From the NCBI GenBank assembly GCA_963737945.1, contig CAVTUR010000004.1, positions 63,211 to 127,210 on the forward strand: a DNA stretch of 64,000 nt. Direction: 5' to 3'. The translations under genes and the position numbers were made by a program. Below the pieces are notes generated by a model. That model made no database searches. It was not told the DNA's origin and saw nothing but the letters and a program-made list of their open reading frames with translations. How positions within the stretch are numbered: the first letter of the stretch is position 1; every line of letters starts with the position of its first letter. The stretch is from Blastocatellia bacterium (GTDB lineage Bacteria > Acidobacteriota > Blastocatellia > UBA7656). Shown here in pieces: positions 41,488 through 54,633 of the stretch.

Positions 41488-43344
41488 CTACGACGGTCTG
41501 TCCAGGCCGCCACGACAGGCCGCCAACTGCGCAAGCACGGAAATATCTCTTGCGGTGAGTTGCCGCGCCAGAGACCAGGCGCGCTCGAAATCGGCGCGCC
41601 CGAGTGCTGCAAATGTGACTTCAAAACTGGAGCCGTACAGATCGCCCGCTTCGACTTCTCCCGCAGCACCTGGATTTGATCGTGCCGGTGTGGACGCTCC
41701 TCTTTGCGCCAGCACCTGATTGGTTGCCTCAACTGCCGTCTGCATGACTTTGAAGCCGCGCCTCGCATCAAATGCCGTAAAGTTCTCGGCGATCCCGAAC
41801 AGCGCCAGGGCGCGGGTCAATGAAGGCGGCGCGATCAGCGCATAGCCTACGGCCTCGTCGAGCAAGTCGGTTGCCCGAGTTCCATCCTTCGAAGCTAGCG
41901 CCACCCCGGCAAGACTCATCAGGAGGTTCGCGCGGACTACCGCATCTCGGATGCGCCGCGTCTCGGCAACCGCATCATCGAGCCGTCCTGCCGAGCTGTA
42001 CCGGCGCGCGACCTGAATCAAGACCCGGTCGCGTATTGCGGCAGCGGCGACCTCTGCCGCGGCGGCTTGTGCCCGGCTCACTTCTCCTCTGGCAAGCCAG
42101 GCGAACGCCGCCCGCGCGTACAGCATGTCGCGATCGGCGGCCATGGAAGCGGCCCGGGCTTCACGCACAAACTCATTCGGAGTACTCGCATATGATGGGG
42201 CCGGCACAATTGCTCGGTCATTCGCGTTGCTAGCGCTCAATTCCGCGATCTTGCGCTCAAATTGGCTGAGTCTGTCCGGCATGTAGCGCGCGAACAGACC
42301 ACCAAGCTGTCGGTCTATGAAATAGATGATGGCCTCATCCTCAGCACCTATACCTTGATTAGCAGGTCCATTGCCTACGCCACCTGCTGCCATCTGGCCG
42401 AGCCGCGATAGCTGTGCCAGCGCGCAATTGAGAAATCCCACGACCACGCCTCTGCTGACGGGTTCTCCAGCTATAGGGTCTGTGGCCGAAACCAGAAAGG
42501 CGCCCAGTGTGTGAAGGCTGTCAAGATCCACATCTCTTGAGCGTTCCAGGCCGCCCACCGCAGACGCAAAGAGCCGATCCGCTTGCTCGGCATCCACTGC
42601 GCGCAACGACAGCAATAGCTGCGAGAAATGCCGCGACACGCCGGAGGCTAGACTTAATTGAGCAAGGGCCATCGCGCGGGTCGGAGCGCGCTCGACGATT
42701 TGCAGCGCGACGCCGACCAGCAGATCGCAGCGTTCGACTTCTCTTTGGGTAGGGGCGGCGGTGGGCGATGAGTTAAATGCAGGGCCGCTGTCATTCTCGC
42801 GATTTCCCGAAATGGTGCCGCAGGCACAGCCCGGATCAGCCCCTGCGACCGGGGCGGTGAAGACGTGGGCTAGGTCTTCGGCCAGTCCTGCGTCCCGCCC
42901 CGCGATTTCCTGAAGTAGCTCGACGAGCAGGGGTTGCCTCGCGATTGCCGTAATAGCGAGACGGGAAGAGCGATGGACGGACGCGGCTTTGGGCGTTGCA
43001 CTATCGTTACACACGAGGGATTGAAACGCGCGGCGATAGATGGCGCGCGCCTTCTCGCGGTCATATGACCATAGCAAAGTTGCCGCTTGCGATTGCGCGC
43101 GCACTGCGAAGGTGAGATCGGCAGATAGGCTGGCCTGATCTGCCAACGCTGCGAGCAGGGGTAGGATTCGGTCAGCGTGTTGCGCAATCACTCGCGCCCC
43201 CGGGCGAGCGGCGTTGACAGGCGGCGCAATCTGAGCGTTCAAGGTGATGGCGTTGATGAGGAAGATGCTGATAAAGTGCGCGGCCGCGCGGATGGATGCC
43301 GCTCCAATGCCGGCCCTAAGAATGATGTTCCTAATGAATCCCAT
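41488..43344 (-). CDS. Exported alpha-helical repeat (TPR-like) hypothetical protein
   Basis: AAGGGGG RBS, signal-like N-terminus, Ala/Leu-rich helical repeats. Confidence 0.7.
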   Translation of the reverse strand: MGFIRNIILRAGIGAASIRAAAHFISIFLINAITLNAQIAPPVNAARPGARVIAQHADRILPLLAALADQASLSADLTFAVRAQSQAATLLWSYDREKARAIYRRAFQSLVCNDSATPKAASVHRSSRLAITAIARQPLLVELLQEIAGRDAGLAEDLAHVFTAPVAGADPGCACGTISGNRENDSGPAFNSSPTAAPTQREVERCDLLVGVALQIVERAPTRAMALAQLSLASGVSRHFSQLLLSLRAVDAEQADRLFASAVGGLERSRDVDLDSLHTLGAFLVSATDPIAGEPVSRGVVVGFLNCALAQLSRLGQMAAGGVGNGPANQGIGAEDEAIIYFIDRQLGGLFARYMPDRLSQFERKIAELSASNANDRAIVPAPSYASTPNEFVREARAASMAADRDMLYARAAFAWLARGEVSRAQAAAAEVAAAAIRDRVLIQVARRYSSAGRLDDAVAETRRIRDAVVRANLLMSLAGVALASKDGTRATDLLDEAVGYALIAPPSLTRALALFGIAENFTAFDARRGFKVMQTAVEATNQVLAQRGASTPARSNPGAAGEVEAGDLYGSSFEVTFAALGRADFERAWSLARQLTARDISVLAQLAACRGGLDRPS

Positions 43345-43364
43345 ACATCCCCCTTTGTGACGAC

Positions 43365-44426
43365 TCACAGAGTGATGACCGTCGATAGCTCGACGACCTG
43401 GCCGGCGCGAAGTATCCTGGCGACAACCTTTTCGCCGGCTTTCAGATTGCTCACGCTCTCATAGATACTGTCCATGGACGCGTCACCTTCGAGAACGTCG
43501 ATTCCATTGATCGAGAGGATAATATCCCCGCCCAGCAGCAGGTCGTTGCCCTCAATTGAGGCGCGTAGTGTGCAGGGCCTGATCCCCAATCTCCAACCCG
43601 GAGACCCTTCGGCAACTCGTTGTACCAAAAAACCGGCTGGCTGAGGCAGGTTGAGCAATCCGGCGAGGTCCCCCTGAACCAGCATGCCTTCCATCCCCGA
43701 CCAGAAGGGCTTCTGTTCAAGAAGCAGGCGCGCCATCTTTGAGGTCGCGGCGAAGCCAATCCCCTCAAAGCCGCCGGACCGGGTCAGGATGTTACTGACA
43801 ATGCCGATCACCTCACCTTTCCAGTTAAACATGGGACTTCCTGAATTCCCGCCGTTGATCGCGGCGTCAGTCTGGAAAAACTCCCATGCCGACGCCGACA
43901 TGCTCGTGAGACGGTGCTTCGGGGCCGCCCGCCCGCTGACGTGGCCCACAGTGAGAGAGAGTGCGAGGCCATAGGGCGCGCCGACGACAAACACATGATC
44001 GCCCACCTCGACTTGATCCGAGTCGCCAACTAGGGCGGGCGATACACCCTTCGGGACCGAGTCGAGCTGCAAGAGCGCGACGTCTGCGTTCGTGGCTGAG
44101 GAGATGACGCGAGCGGTAACGATCTGGCCATCGGAGAATTCAACGAAGACCTTGTCTACGGCCTGGACCACGTGCGCGGCAGTCAATACCTTGCCATCAT
44201 CTGAGATCAAGACTCCGGATGCTTGCCCGCCCGAATTTACCAACCCCTGGCGGAGCAGGGGCGCGATGGTCTTTTCTTGTGTCCTCACCATGACCACGGA
44301 TTGTTTAACTCTGCGAAATGTCTCGCGGAGTTGTTGGGCGTTCGCTTCGGTGGTGTTGCCGATAACCGGTACGAACAGGATCAATAAGGGGAAGATGACC
44401 AACAGGCGTCTGAGTAGCGAATTCAT
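43365..44426 (-). CDS. Trypsin-like serine protease (HtrA/DegP family) with PDZ
   Basis: TAAHVV, DVALL, QTDAAINGGNSGSP; GGAGG RBS. Confidence 0.92.
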   Translation of the reverse strand: MNSLLRRLLVIFPLLILFVPVIGNTTEANAQQLRETFRRVKQSVVMVRTQEKTIAPLLRQGLVNSGGQASGVLISDDGKVLTAAHVVQAVDKVFVEFSDGQIVTARVISSATNADVALLQLDSVPKGVSPALVGDSDQVEVGDHVFVVGAPYGLALSLTVGHVSGRAAPKHRLTSMSASAWEFFQTDAAINGGNSGSPMFNWKGEVIGIVSNILTRSGGFEGIGFAATSKMARLLLEQKPFWSGMEGMLVQGDLAGLLNLPQPAGFLVQRVAEGSPGWRLGIRPCTLRASIEGNDLLLGGDIILSINGIDVLEGDASMDSIYESVSNLKAGEKVVARILRAGQVVELSTVITL

Positions 44427-45004
44427 TTTGTGACCTCCAGAATGGCTTAGAACCGATTGACTCTTACATAATTCTTCCACCCGCTTAGTCTCCCTTTGAG
44501 GAGGTGTGCCCTTTGGCATATAGGGACTCCTGCCGTTCGTGGGACGAAGCCGCCGCGCGGTTTTCGTGCCCGGATGCGTTTGCGGTTTCACGGGTGAGCC
44601 CTTTGCAATTGTCATGAAGAACTCTCCCTCAGCGGCGGCACGCAATTCCGACGAGTGGTACTGATGAGCCGCCGGACGCGGACAGCACGAGCAAACCTGT
44701 TTCCAAGTAAACCCTTGCTTGTTTGAGCGCGGGATATATCCAGGGCAGGAGACGTTTTTCTGGCCCGCCAGCGGGAACTGGTTCGGCCCGTCAGGCACGA
44801 TCTGTGGTTTGGGTCTCATAGCTTAAGGCCTCCAGATCTGGTTTCTACTTCGCTTCGGTGTGTAATTAATTGTCGTCATAGTACCCTCAGGCCGTTTCAG
44901 CCAACCCGTGCCATCTCCGGCGTAGTCAATTACAACTCGTGATCAACTATCAGTATCACAGTCCTTGAGCCCTCTTTCTTCACCATCAGCCAATTTCACG
45001 GAGA

Positions 45005-45273
45005 CTAAGCCTGAACGCTCGCCAGGCGGTTGCTTCGCACAAGATCGGATGACGTGCCGCCGTTTGCCTGGGTCAAATCGCGCTCGGCCTGGAGCCAATC
45101 TCCGGGGTCGTGCCCGTTGCTGCCTCCTCGCGAGAGGTGGATTTCGTAAGCCCGGCGCCGGATCTCTCGCGAGTTGAAGAGTGTTGCGTCACCGGCGCGT
45201 CGTCCGAAAGAACAACCTCGCGCCAGAAGGTGTTCAGTTTGTAGTCAGCAGCCTCTTTGGTCTGCGAGTTCAT
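45005..45273 (-). pseudogene. DUF2934 protein, frameshifted near 45165
   Basis: Shifted frame reads IRRRAYEIHLSRGG..GHDPGDWLQAERDL; paralog of 55457..55696. Confidence 0.7.
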
Positions 45274-45516
45274 GCTAGTTCCTCCTTCCTCACTTCTGCT
45301 TCGATCTTCTCAATGATGGCGTTCATCAATCTGAACTCCCACCAGGTTGTTGCTTCACGCGTAACTCTCCAGTTTAGCGGCGATCCTTGCGTGCTTGACG
45401 ACCTTCGGCAACCGAGTCTTGCATTGCCAGCAAAAAGCTATAAAGGATTAGAATCCCAAATCCGCTCACAAGGAACGCAATGAATAATATTTGGAAAATG
45501 TGCCAAAGAATCATAG

Positions 45517-46884
45517 TCATAGAAGAGAGAATTTGAATTCGAGAAACAGACGCACGCTTACTGCATGGCCATCTTTCTGTCCCGGCACAAATCGCAACTG
45601 ACGGGCCGCTTCAATAGCTTTCTCATCGAGGCCGTAGCCGAGTCCGCGCGCCACTTTGATGTCCGACACGGCGCCATCCGCTTTCAGCAACACGGAGACC
45701 TTGACTGAACCCTCGATCTGATTGCGCCGAGCCTCGTCGGTGTAACCCGGAGTCGGGCGTCCCAGTATTTGCGGTCGCACGGTAACGCTTCCGACAGAAA
45801 ACACACCGTTGTAATCTACGCTCTCAATCGTACCGATACCCGGCCCGTTGCCAGAGCCGACGCCTGTGCCGTGTCCCGTTCCCACTCCGCCTCCTGTGCC
45901 GCTCCCGCCAGACGCGCCAGCCGTTGTTACGCTCGGAGGTCCTGCCGCATCCGCCATTGCCGCAGCTCTGGCAAGCTCAGCCTGCGGGTCAGGCTTGGCC
46001 TGTATCTCATCGAGCGGGCGCAGTTCGGGCCTTGGCTTGACCACTTCGGGCTTCGGTTGCTCGGCCGGCTGCTTCGGCAGGGTCAACTGATTGCTACCGC
46101 CTCCTGCCTGCTTGACCGGCGGCAGCGGTTTCGCCGCAATCACAGGCGGCAGCGCGAGGAGAGTAACTTCTATCTGCTTTTTTGATTCGACGCTTGAACG
46201 ATTTCGGTGGCTGAGATAATACGAACCGTAGATTATCGAGAGCGCCACTGCGTAAACCATCATAGCTACGCTGAGCCCCGCGCCTATTCGCTTCTGTTCT
46301 TGTTTGGGGACGGCGCCCCCTCCGGCCAGCGCTTTGATGAACGCCACGGGGTCAGACGCGAACGTTCGAGCTGCCTCTGCCGCCTCTCGCGCAAGCCTCA
46401 ATGGAAATCGCAGCGCATCGGTCTCTCTGAGGAAGGGTAAATCAGCATAAGCCCGTTCGCCGGTTGTAGCGTCTTGCTCAAACTCAGATCGTTCCTGAGT
46501 GTTCAGACCCCATGCAATCTGGCTGAAAGCAAATTGCGCCACCTTGCACAGACGCATTGGCAGAGCTTCTTCAGTTACGGTGACAAGGAAGCCAAAGCGG
46601 CTTACAACCTCTGCTTGAACTGATGGCGATTCGGCATGATCAACTGAAAATATTTCACTTGCTTCTTGCCGGATTCTTCTTATCAGAGAAGGGTATGATG
46701 GCAGGCTCGAAAACAAACCATCAGGGTTGTCGTCGCTGCTCTTCGTTCTCAGACACGACAAACGCGGGGTTGCAGCGAAACATCTTGCTTTTTCGAATAC
46801 ATTGCCGACGCGGTCTGAAACCTCATAGACAATTCTTACGAGCAGCGGCTGCTCACTGCTGATCATTACCCCCTCGAAGTTCAT
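45517..46884 (-). CDS. TonB C-terminal domain (energy transducer) protein
   Basis: TM segment, Pro/Gly-rich linker, P.YTDEARR.QIEG.V...GLDEKAIEA...RF.P. Confidence 0.85.
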   Translation of the reverse strand: MNFEGVMISSEQPLLVRIVYEVSDRVGNVFEKARCFAATPRLSCLRTKSSDDNPDGLFSSLPSYPSLIRRIRQEASEIFSVDHAESPSVQAEVVSRFGFLVTVTEEALPMRLCKVAQFAFSQIAWGLNTQERSEFEQDATTGERAYADLPFLRETDALRFPLRLAREAAEAARTFASDPVAFIKALAGGGAVPKQEQKRIGAGLSVAMMVYAVALSIIYGSYYLSHRNRSSVESKKQIEVTLLALPPVIAAKPLPPVKQAGGGSNQLTLPKQPAEQPKPEVVKPRPELRPLDEIQAKPDPQAELARAAAMADAAGPPSVTTAGASGGSGTGGGVGTGHGTGVGSGNGPGIGTIESVDYNGVFSVGSVTVRPQILGRPTPGYTDEARRNQIEGSVKVSVLLKADGAVSDIKVARGLGYGLDEKAIEAARQLRFVPGQKDGHAVSVRLFLEFKFSLL

Positions 46885-47861
46885 GGCTTCTCTCCTTCCC
46901 GAGAGTAGTAACCACGCCGGGTGAAAGCTCTTAAGTTCGCCTGTTTCAGCTTGATCGTAAGCTTATGAAAGCTGTGGTCCGAAGGTGCGGCCTGAAACTG
47001 ATAGCCTATCGAATACTGGCTCCGCAGCTCGTCTTGCAGCTTCGTGAAGAAGCCCGCGAGTTGGTCCTCATCCCCATCAAGGTGAAACTGGTGTCCGCCG
47101 GTCGCTTCCGTCAGCCGATCTAACACAGGCTTGCCTTGCAAGTCTCGGACGTTGAGCGAGCCGTCACCAGACACCCGAATGGCGTAGACGATCACGTTAT
47201 TCTTGAGGGCCATCTCTATTGCCTGCTCGATGGACGCGCGGCTCGTGGTATCGTCGCCGTCGGTGATCAAGAGGATGATGCGGCGGCCTTCCTCGCTTCC
47301 CCCCAGCTTGTCGCGTGTCGTCTTGTAGACGGCGTCAAAAATAGAAGTGCCGCCGGCGGCAGTCAGCTTTAGGGAGGCGGGGGCTAGTGAGCTGGCATCA
47401 TCGGTAAAATCCTGGACTACGTACACGCCTGAATCGAACGCAACCACGGCCGCGCGATCTTTGCCTGCCCGCAACACCGAGCTGAAAAAATTGCGCGCGG
47501 CGACCTGCGCTTTGCTCAATGCGCTCCGCACGCTGCGGCTTCGGTCGATGACGAGCGCAACCGTGAGCGGCTGGTCCGCTTCCTGACTGAAGTAACTGAT
47601 TGGCTGCTCCTTGCCATCGTCGAGAACGATGAAATCATCCTTTGTCAGCCCCGAAACGAAGCGCCCTTTTTCATCGCGCACCGCGACCTGAGTATTGACC
47701 AGGGCGGAATCGAACGTGATCGTGTCGCCATCGTCTTGACTCGTCACTGCAGCCTTAGATTGGTTCGCCGGTCTGGTGCTCTTTGAAGGCGGTGCAATCT
47801 GAGCCATCGCAAAGCCAGTTACGAATACCGTTAGCGCCAGGATTAAGCATGCCCTCTTCAT
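46881..47861 (-). CDS. Acidobacterial-type VWA domain protein
   Basis: GL...DF...DDGK.Q.I, DRSRS MIDAS motif, GTSIFDA, TDGDD, TGG, ELRSQY.IGY. Confidence 0.9.
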   Translation of the reverse strand: MKRACLILALTVFVTGFAMAQIAPPSKSTRPANQSKAAVTSQDDGDTITFDSALVNTQVAVRDEKGRFVSGLTKDDFIVLDDGKEQPISYFSQEADQPLTVALVIDRSRSVRSALSKAQVAARNFFSSVLRAGKDRAAVVAFDSGVYVVQDFTDDASSLAPASLKLTAAGGTSIFDAVYKTTRDKLGGSEEGRRIILLITDGDDTTSRASIEQAIEMALKNNVIVYAIRVSGDGSLNVRDLQGKPVLDRLTEATGGHQFHLDGDEDQLAGFFTKLQDELRSQYSIGYQFQAAPSDHSFHKLTIKLKQANLRAFTRRGYYSREGEKP

Positions 47862-47876
47862 CGTTTCACCCTGCTT

Positions 47877-48755
47877 TCACTTTTCCGAAGCCGCCACGCG
47901 ACGGGTCACCTGATCAATGAGGCCATCTGCCACGCCACTCAACCCATCGCGAGGTGAAAGCGGGCCGAGCAAGCTTGATCCATCCGATTGCCCTGAGATG
48001 ATCTGTCGCCCCACCTCTTCTCCGGTGCTCTTGTCGTAGTAGCGAAAGCGGACTGTGAGGATGGACTTGCCGAGGTCGAACGGCAGCGCCTGCTTCCAGC
48101 GGCTCCCCTTCGCGTAATCGATCACCTCGATTACAACCACCAGTGTTTTATCAGCGGTGGGCGGTTGCCCTGCCTCTTCGCCGAGCGCTCTGCGTTTGTC
48201 GCGCGCGACCAGGTCATCAAAGCTTCCTATCGGCGCGTCAAGAGATTCACCTCTGTCTACGTCATCCGATTTCTCTGACGGCGCATTCGCGGACGATTGT
48301 TGTTGGTGCTGGCTCGCCGTAGTGAGGTCGTAAGAATCAATAGCGACAACCGTTTCAAATAGTCTACGTGATTCGAATTGAGACTTGAACTTCGCAACCT
48401 GCCGGCTTGCCACGTCCAGCGTGAGCACCTTGCCCACGAGGCTGACCGGTTTTGCGATCTCAAGGTGGTGATACTCGGCAAAGTTGCCTTTGAATGGAAT
48501 GACCGTCGTCACGCGAAACTCTCCGCCGAAGATCACGGTTTTCGCGCTGAGAATTCCATTCTCGCCTTTGTAGCGCTTTAGTGACTCGCGATTTTCCCGG
48601 TGCGCGACCGCTGGGCCATCCACTTGCTCCCCGGCTGCTTGCTTCAGTTGATCTGATGGCGACTGCCGCGCGCTTGCGGACCCGGCAGAGAAAGCGATAG
48701 CAGTCAGCAGAAATAGGATCTGCTTGATTCTCTTTGTGATCTTACTCTTGGACAT
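47877..48755 (-). CDS. Exported hypothetical protein (DUF4410-like)
   Basis: Signal peptide; VIEVIDYAKGSR..Q....LGKS.L.V resembles the neighbouring lipoprotein. Confidence 0.6.
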   Translation of the reverse strand: MSKSKITKRIKQILFLLTAIAFSAGSASARQSPSDQLKQAAGEQVDGPAVAHRENRESLKRYKGENGILSAKTVIFGGEFRVTTVIPFKGNFAEYHHLEIAKPVSLVGKVLTLDVASRQVAKFKSQFESRRLFETVVAIDSYDLTTASQHQQQSSANAPSEKSDDVDRGESLDAPIGSFDDLVARDKRRALGEEAGQPPTADKTLVVVIEVIDYAKGSRWKQALPFDLGKSILTVRFRYYDKSTGEEVGRQIISGQSDGSSLLGPLSPRDGLSGVADGLIDQVTRRVAASEK

Positions 48756-49419
48756 TTGCATACGCTTCCTTTGTTTCATTGGGGTGAGTTGCGCTGCGGC
48801 GCACGTAGCGGGCAACTTCCTCTGCCGACTTGCCTACCATTTTTTCAACGTTGCTCGTAATGCGAGTATTTTCGACCGAGATGTTCATCTGGCCGAGCAC
48901 GCGCGCGGTTTGCTTGTCTTTGAGTATGATTCGAACCGTCAAAATGGCGTGGTTGTTGCCCTGTTCGATGTATCGGAGTTTGGGTATTCCCGGCGTGAAA
49001 TCATCTATGTAGCCTTCGAGCACCAGCGTGGGCTGCAAAACGGCATCGGTGATCTCATCGCGTGGTTGATTAGCTTGTTTCTCCTGAGAGTCGTTTGCGC
49101 CATCAATCACGGCAATGCGGTCGAAATGGTTGAGCGCCCTAATCTGTTTCACTATTCCGACATTCAATTGCTCGACTGACTGACCAGGTATCTCATCAAG
49201 CATCAGGTTGTTGAGTTTGTGGATCTCGACTGCTTTATACTGGCGCAGGTCGTTGGTCACCGGCATCATCTGATAAGAGCGGACCCTCAGCCCATGCACT
49301 TCACGGAAGACGCGAGGAGGCACAGAGGTGGCAACGCTGCGAAGGCTGCACCCTGCGCCTCCTGCTATCAAGGCGAGTGCGATTGTGGAGGGAAGGATTC
49401 TTTTTGCTACTGGTTTCAT
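48742..49419 (-). CDS. DUF4410-like lipoprotein
   Basis: Lipobox GAGC; LEG.I.DF.PG...LRY...G...L.V...LKD..T. Confidence 0.65.
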   Translation of the reverse strand: MKPVAKRILPSTIALALIAGGAGCSLRSVATSVPPRVFREVHGLRVRSYQMMPVTNDLRQYKAVEIHKLNNLMLDEIPGQSVEQLNVGIVKQIRALNHFDRIAVIDGANDSQEKQANQPRDEITDAVLQPTLVLEGYIDDFTPGIPKLRYIEQGNNHAILTVRIILKDKQTARVLGQMNISVENTRITSNVEKMVGKSAEEVARYVRRSATHPNETKEAYANVQE

Positions 49420-49441
49420 CTTTCCTTTCTACTCGTGTTGC

Positions 49442-50134
49442 CTGATACGTTGGTCGGCGCAGTGCGCTGCGTATCCACAGTAACTCCCGTTACTGCCCAC
49501 CGCAGCGCACCACGCTACAGAGCAGAAATTTTCTTCGCCCTGTTTTTGTTCGCGCTTTGTTGCCCGTCAGGAAATATCGGGCGTGGTACCACAGGTCCCG
49601 CCACAACCACGATGAACACGAATTGTTGTGCCACTCGCGGGCTGATAGCAGCCGGAGCAGGTGACACACGCAGTGTGGGTGATTGATGGTCGTAGTCATC
49701 ACGCCTTCCTCTGGAACAGACCTTCCCACTGCTGGTGGGGTGACGGTCGGGCTGCCTGCTCCCGCTCGTACTCGGCCCGAAATTCTGGGCCCAGTTCGCC
49801 AAGTCTTCCGGTTTCCGCCCCTGTGTGGCCGGTTGCGGTTGGTGGTTCTTCTTTCTCAGTAAGTTCACAGGAATCCTTAAATCCAAATCCACGAGTTGCT
49901 CCGTTTCCAACACAGGCAAGGGCAACAGGCGTGCCGGAACAAAACGCGTCCGCCTGGCTGCCAATTCGTTGAAATATGAAGATGATTGAAAGGTGATCGT
50001 TCGGGAACAAGTGTTGAAAGTCAAAACTGACAAGGTCACTGACACCAAAGCTGCGAACGGTTGAACGAACTCGAGGGCCAGCCAGTCGGGTTGTGATTGC
50101 CAATTGTGTGATCGAACCCGATATGGTCGCCGCC
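49442..50134. repeat. Upstream region duplicated at 54630-55075
   Basis: 49442-49564 aligns with 54630-54752 and 49868-50134 aligns with 54801-55075. Confidence 0.9.
49922..49936 (-). promoter_or_regulatory. Sigma54 (-24/-12) promoter
   Basis: CGGCAC-GCCTG-TTGC; divergent from the sigma54 activator gene. Confidence 0.75.
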
Positions 50135-50258
50135 TGCGGTGGCTGCGCTCAGAAATTGATCAGAGTTGACAATGCTTGCTCTGTAGCGGTACTGAAAGAC
50201 GCTTGGGTTCTGTGATATTCTGTCCCCCGCAATCCCGCAGAGGATGGAGTGGTGGGCG

Positions 50259-52427
<2,169 letters not shown>

Positions 52428-52430
52428 CTC

Positions 52431-52525
52431 GGGCGCGGGTCATTGAAGGCGGCGCCATCAGCGCACAGCCAGAGGCCTCGTTGAGCAAGTTGGTTGCCCG
52501 AGTTCCATCTTTCGAGGCCAGTGCC
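52431..52525 (-). pseudogene. Fragment of a second copy of gene 41488..43344
   Basis: Aligns with 41808-41902 (LASKDGTRAT.LL.EA...AL.APPS.TRA). Confidence 0.8.
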
Positions 52526-52731
52526 GCCCATGCAACGGAGTAATGTTCACCTTCACCGCCTGTAACAATCATGTCTTTCAGTCCCGTCCCTGACCTTTCG
52601 GATAACACCGCTACGAAGCGGTTCGCGAGTGGCTCTGTCGCCCTTCCTGCCTTCGCCTCTCTCCTTCAGATAACGTCGGGGGACACTGCGATAAACAGGC
52701 TTGGCGTTGAGCTACCGTTTCAGGAAAAGCG

Positions 52732-54375
52732 TCAATCATCAGCGACACCGTCCACTGGAAGCGCCCCAATTTCTTGATGTGGCGTCCTCAATTGAGCCAG
52801 GTCGTTTACGCTGTATACCTTGGCCGCTATAGCGGCTCCAATTCTGACGATCCGAACCGGATTGGAGACCGCCTCCAACCTCTCTATGAGTGCTATATTC
52901 TCGAAATACTTCCGCCCTTCCTGGACAACCAGGTAGGTCGGGCCCACGCTGTTTTGAGTAGGCGGATCCGAGAGATTGAAATATACAAGATCGGAACGGC
53001 CAAACCTTGCAATGTAATATTTGAACACCGTTGGGGACTCTCCTGCGACTCTTGCGCCATGCGGCGCGCTATCGCAGATCTCCCTGATCGTCTCGCGCAG
53101 TCCCGCGTCGTAGATTTCGTCGTGCGGAAAATAGTATGCGGCCCGGCCTGATCCCAGCGGGTTCAAGTAAAGCGAGTAGAATGGAGCGCTCCTTAACGCG
53201 CCGAGCAGGGGTATTGCGAAAAAGAGAGCAAGAAATGCGACCCCGAGGATCGCATGATTGGCGGCCGTAAGTCTGCCTCTCAACGGCGCGGAGAGCAGAT
53301 CGAATGCCTTGACTGCGCCAAGCGCGCTGATGATGCAGACCGTTGGCATAACCGAGAGCGCATATCGCAAGAACTTACCACCCGACAGCGAGAAAGGAAT
53401 AATCCACCATAAGAACATAAACAGCAGGAAGAAATGTTGCGGGTTCTTTTTTTGCCTGAACGCCAGGACGAGCCCGAGCGACAACGCCACAAGGACCGAC
53501 AGAGGGGTCTTCAGTAATAGCAAGAGAACATAATAGTAGACGGGGATGCTGCCCGGCTTGTACACGAAGCTGTTCCAATACAGATGACTCATCATGTAAT
53601 AGCCGTGGTGGGTCAACGTCCCTTCCCCGACATACCCCACGAAGTATTTCAGCACTTCGGGAGACAGAACGACCGGATTAGCTATCAAAAACGTCAACAC
53701 CAGCGCCCCCAGAAGCAAGATAAGTGAACGGCCTAACGGCTGGTTCTTCTTGTTCCTGCCGACGATGTGGTAGTACAGCATGTTTAGGCCAAAATAGTGC
53801 GGCAAGTATTTTGAGGCCAGCATCAGTCCGAAACTTCCTCCGGACAGCCCGTAGAGCAGCTTCTGGCGAGTAGAGCCCTCTGTGCCCAGGTTTTTTGCCT
53901 TCATATACAAATAGAAGGCGAGCCAGTTGAAGAAGACGAGCAGGGTGTCTTCCTTGGCCACCCTGTTGATTGCGATTGACAGGATAGCCGTGGACCACAG
54001 CAAGCCGCCGACGAGCCCAACCGTAAAACCGAACATCTCTTCGGCGATTAGAAAGATGACGATTGCCGTCAGCGAGCCGAATACCACGTTTGGCATGCGG
54101 ACAGCTACCTCGTCGGACACCTGGCTTTCCGGGTCGGCGTAACGGTTCCATCCGTCACAAATTGTCATCGATAGCGCGATCAGCTCCTTCATGAGCATCG
54201 GATGCTCGAGGTTGACGAAGAAATCGCCCCGCAAATATGCTCGGCTGGCGTCTACTTTGCGAGCCTCGTCCTCGCTGAGGCCTGCAGCCCCGAGATGCTC
54301 TGTCCGGAAGAAGACAGACAATCCGAGCATGACGAATATGACGATCGTGCGGTGCTGCTTTAAGACGTCGAGCAT
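52732..54375 (-). CDS. GT-C fold (ArnT/PMT_2, GT39-like) membrane glycosyltransferase
   Basis: DE after first TM, EHP, RMP.V.FG, KED, ASKY, RY; polytopic. Confidence 0.8.
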   Translation of the reverse strand: MLDVLKQHRTIVIFVMLGLSVFFRTEHLGAAGLSEDEARKVDASRAYLRGDFFVNLEHPMLMKELIALSMTICDGWNRYADPESQVSDEVAVRMPNVVFGSLTAIVIFLIAEEMFGFTVGLVGGLLWSTAILSIAINRVAKEDTLLVFFNWLAFYLYMKAKNLGTEGSTRQKLLYGLSGGSFGLMLASKYLPHYFGLNMLYYHIVGRNKKNQPLGRSLILLLGALVLTFLIANPVVLSPEVLKYFVGYVGEGTLTHHGYYMMSHLYWNSFVYKPGSIPVYYYVLLLLLKTPLSVLVALSLGLVLAFRQKKNPQHFFLLFMFLWWIIPFSLSGGKFLRYALSVMPTVCIISALGAVKAFDLLSAPLRGRLTAANHAILGVAFLALFFAIPLLGALRSAPFYSLYLNPLGSGRAAYYFPHDEIYDAGLRETIREICDSAPHGARVAGESPTVFKYYIARFGRSDLVYFNLSDPPTQNSVGPTYLVVQEGRKYFENIALIERLEAVSNPVRIVRIGAAIAAKVYSVNDLAQLRTPHQEIGALPVDGVADD

Positions 54376-54428
54376 ATGCGCCTATTGCTGCTGTGAGTCG
54401 CTATTGCTTGCTTCTCAGGGTTGTCCCC

Positions 54429-54633
54429 GCGCTTGAATTGGCCGAGTCTGCCCGGCATGTAGCGTTCGAACAAATCGCCAAGCTATCGGCTGATAAAATA
54501 GATGACAGCCTCGTCCTCAGCAGCTATGTCTTGATTAGCAAACCCATCGCTTCGCCGACCTGTTGCTATCTGGCCGAGCCGCGATAGCTGTGCCAGCGCG
54601 CAATCGAGAATCGCACGACCACGCCTCTGCTGA
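54429..54633 (-). pseudogene. Second fragment of the duplicated 41488..43344 gene
   Basis: Aligns with 42253-42458. Confidence 0.8.

Noticed and set aside
44427-44819. 130-aa N-terminal extension of the HtrA protease
   Set aside because: The GGAGG RBS and signal peptide begin at 44426
44898-44914. Sigma54 promoter TGGCACGGGTTGGC upstream of the protease
   Set aside because: GG-to-GC spacing is one base short of the invariant spacing; it could be an indel error but is unsupported
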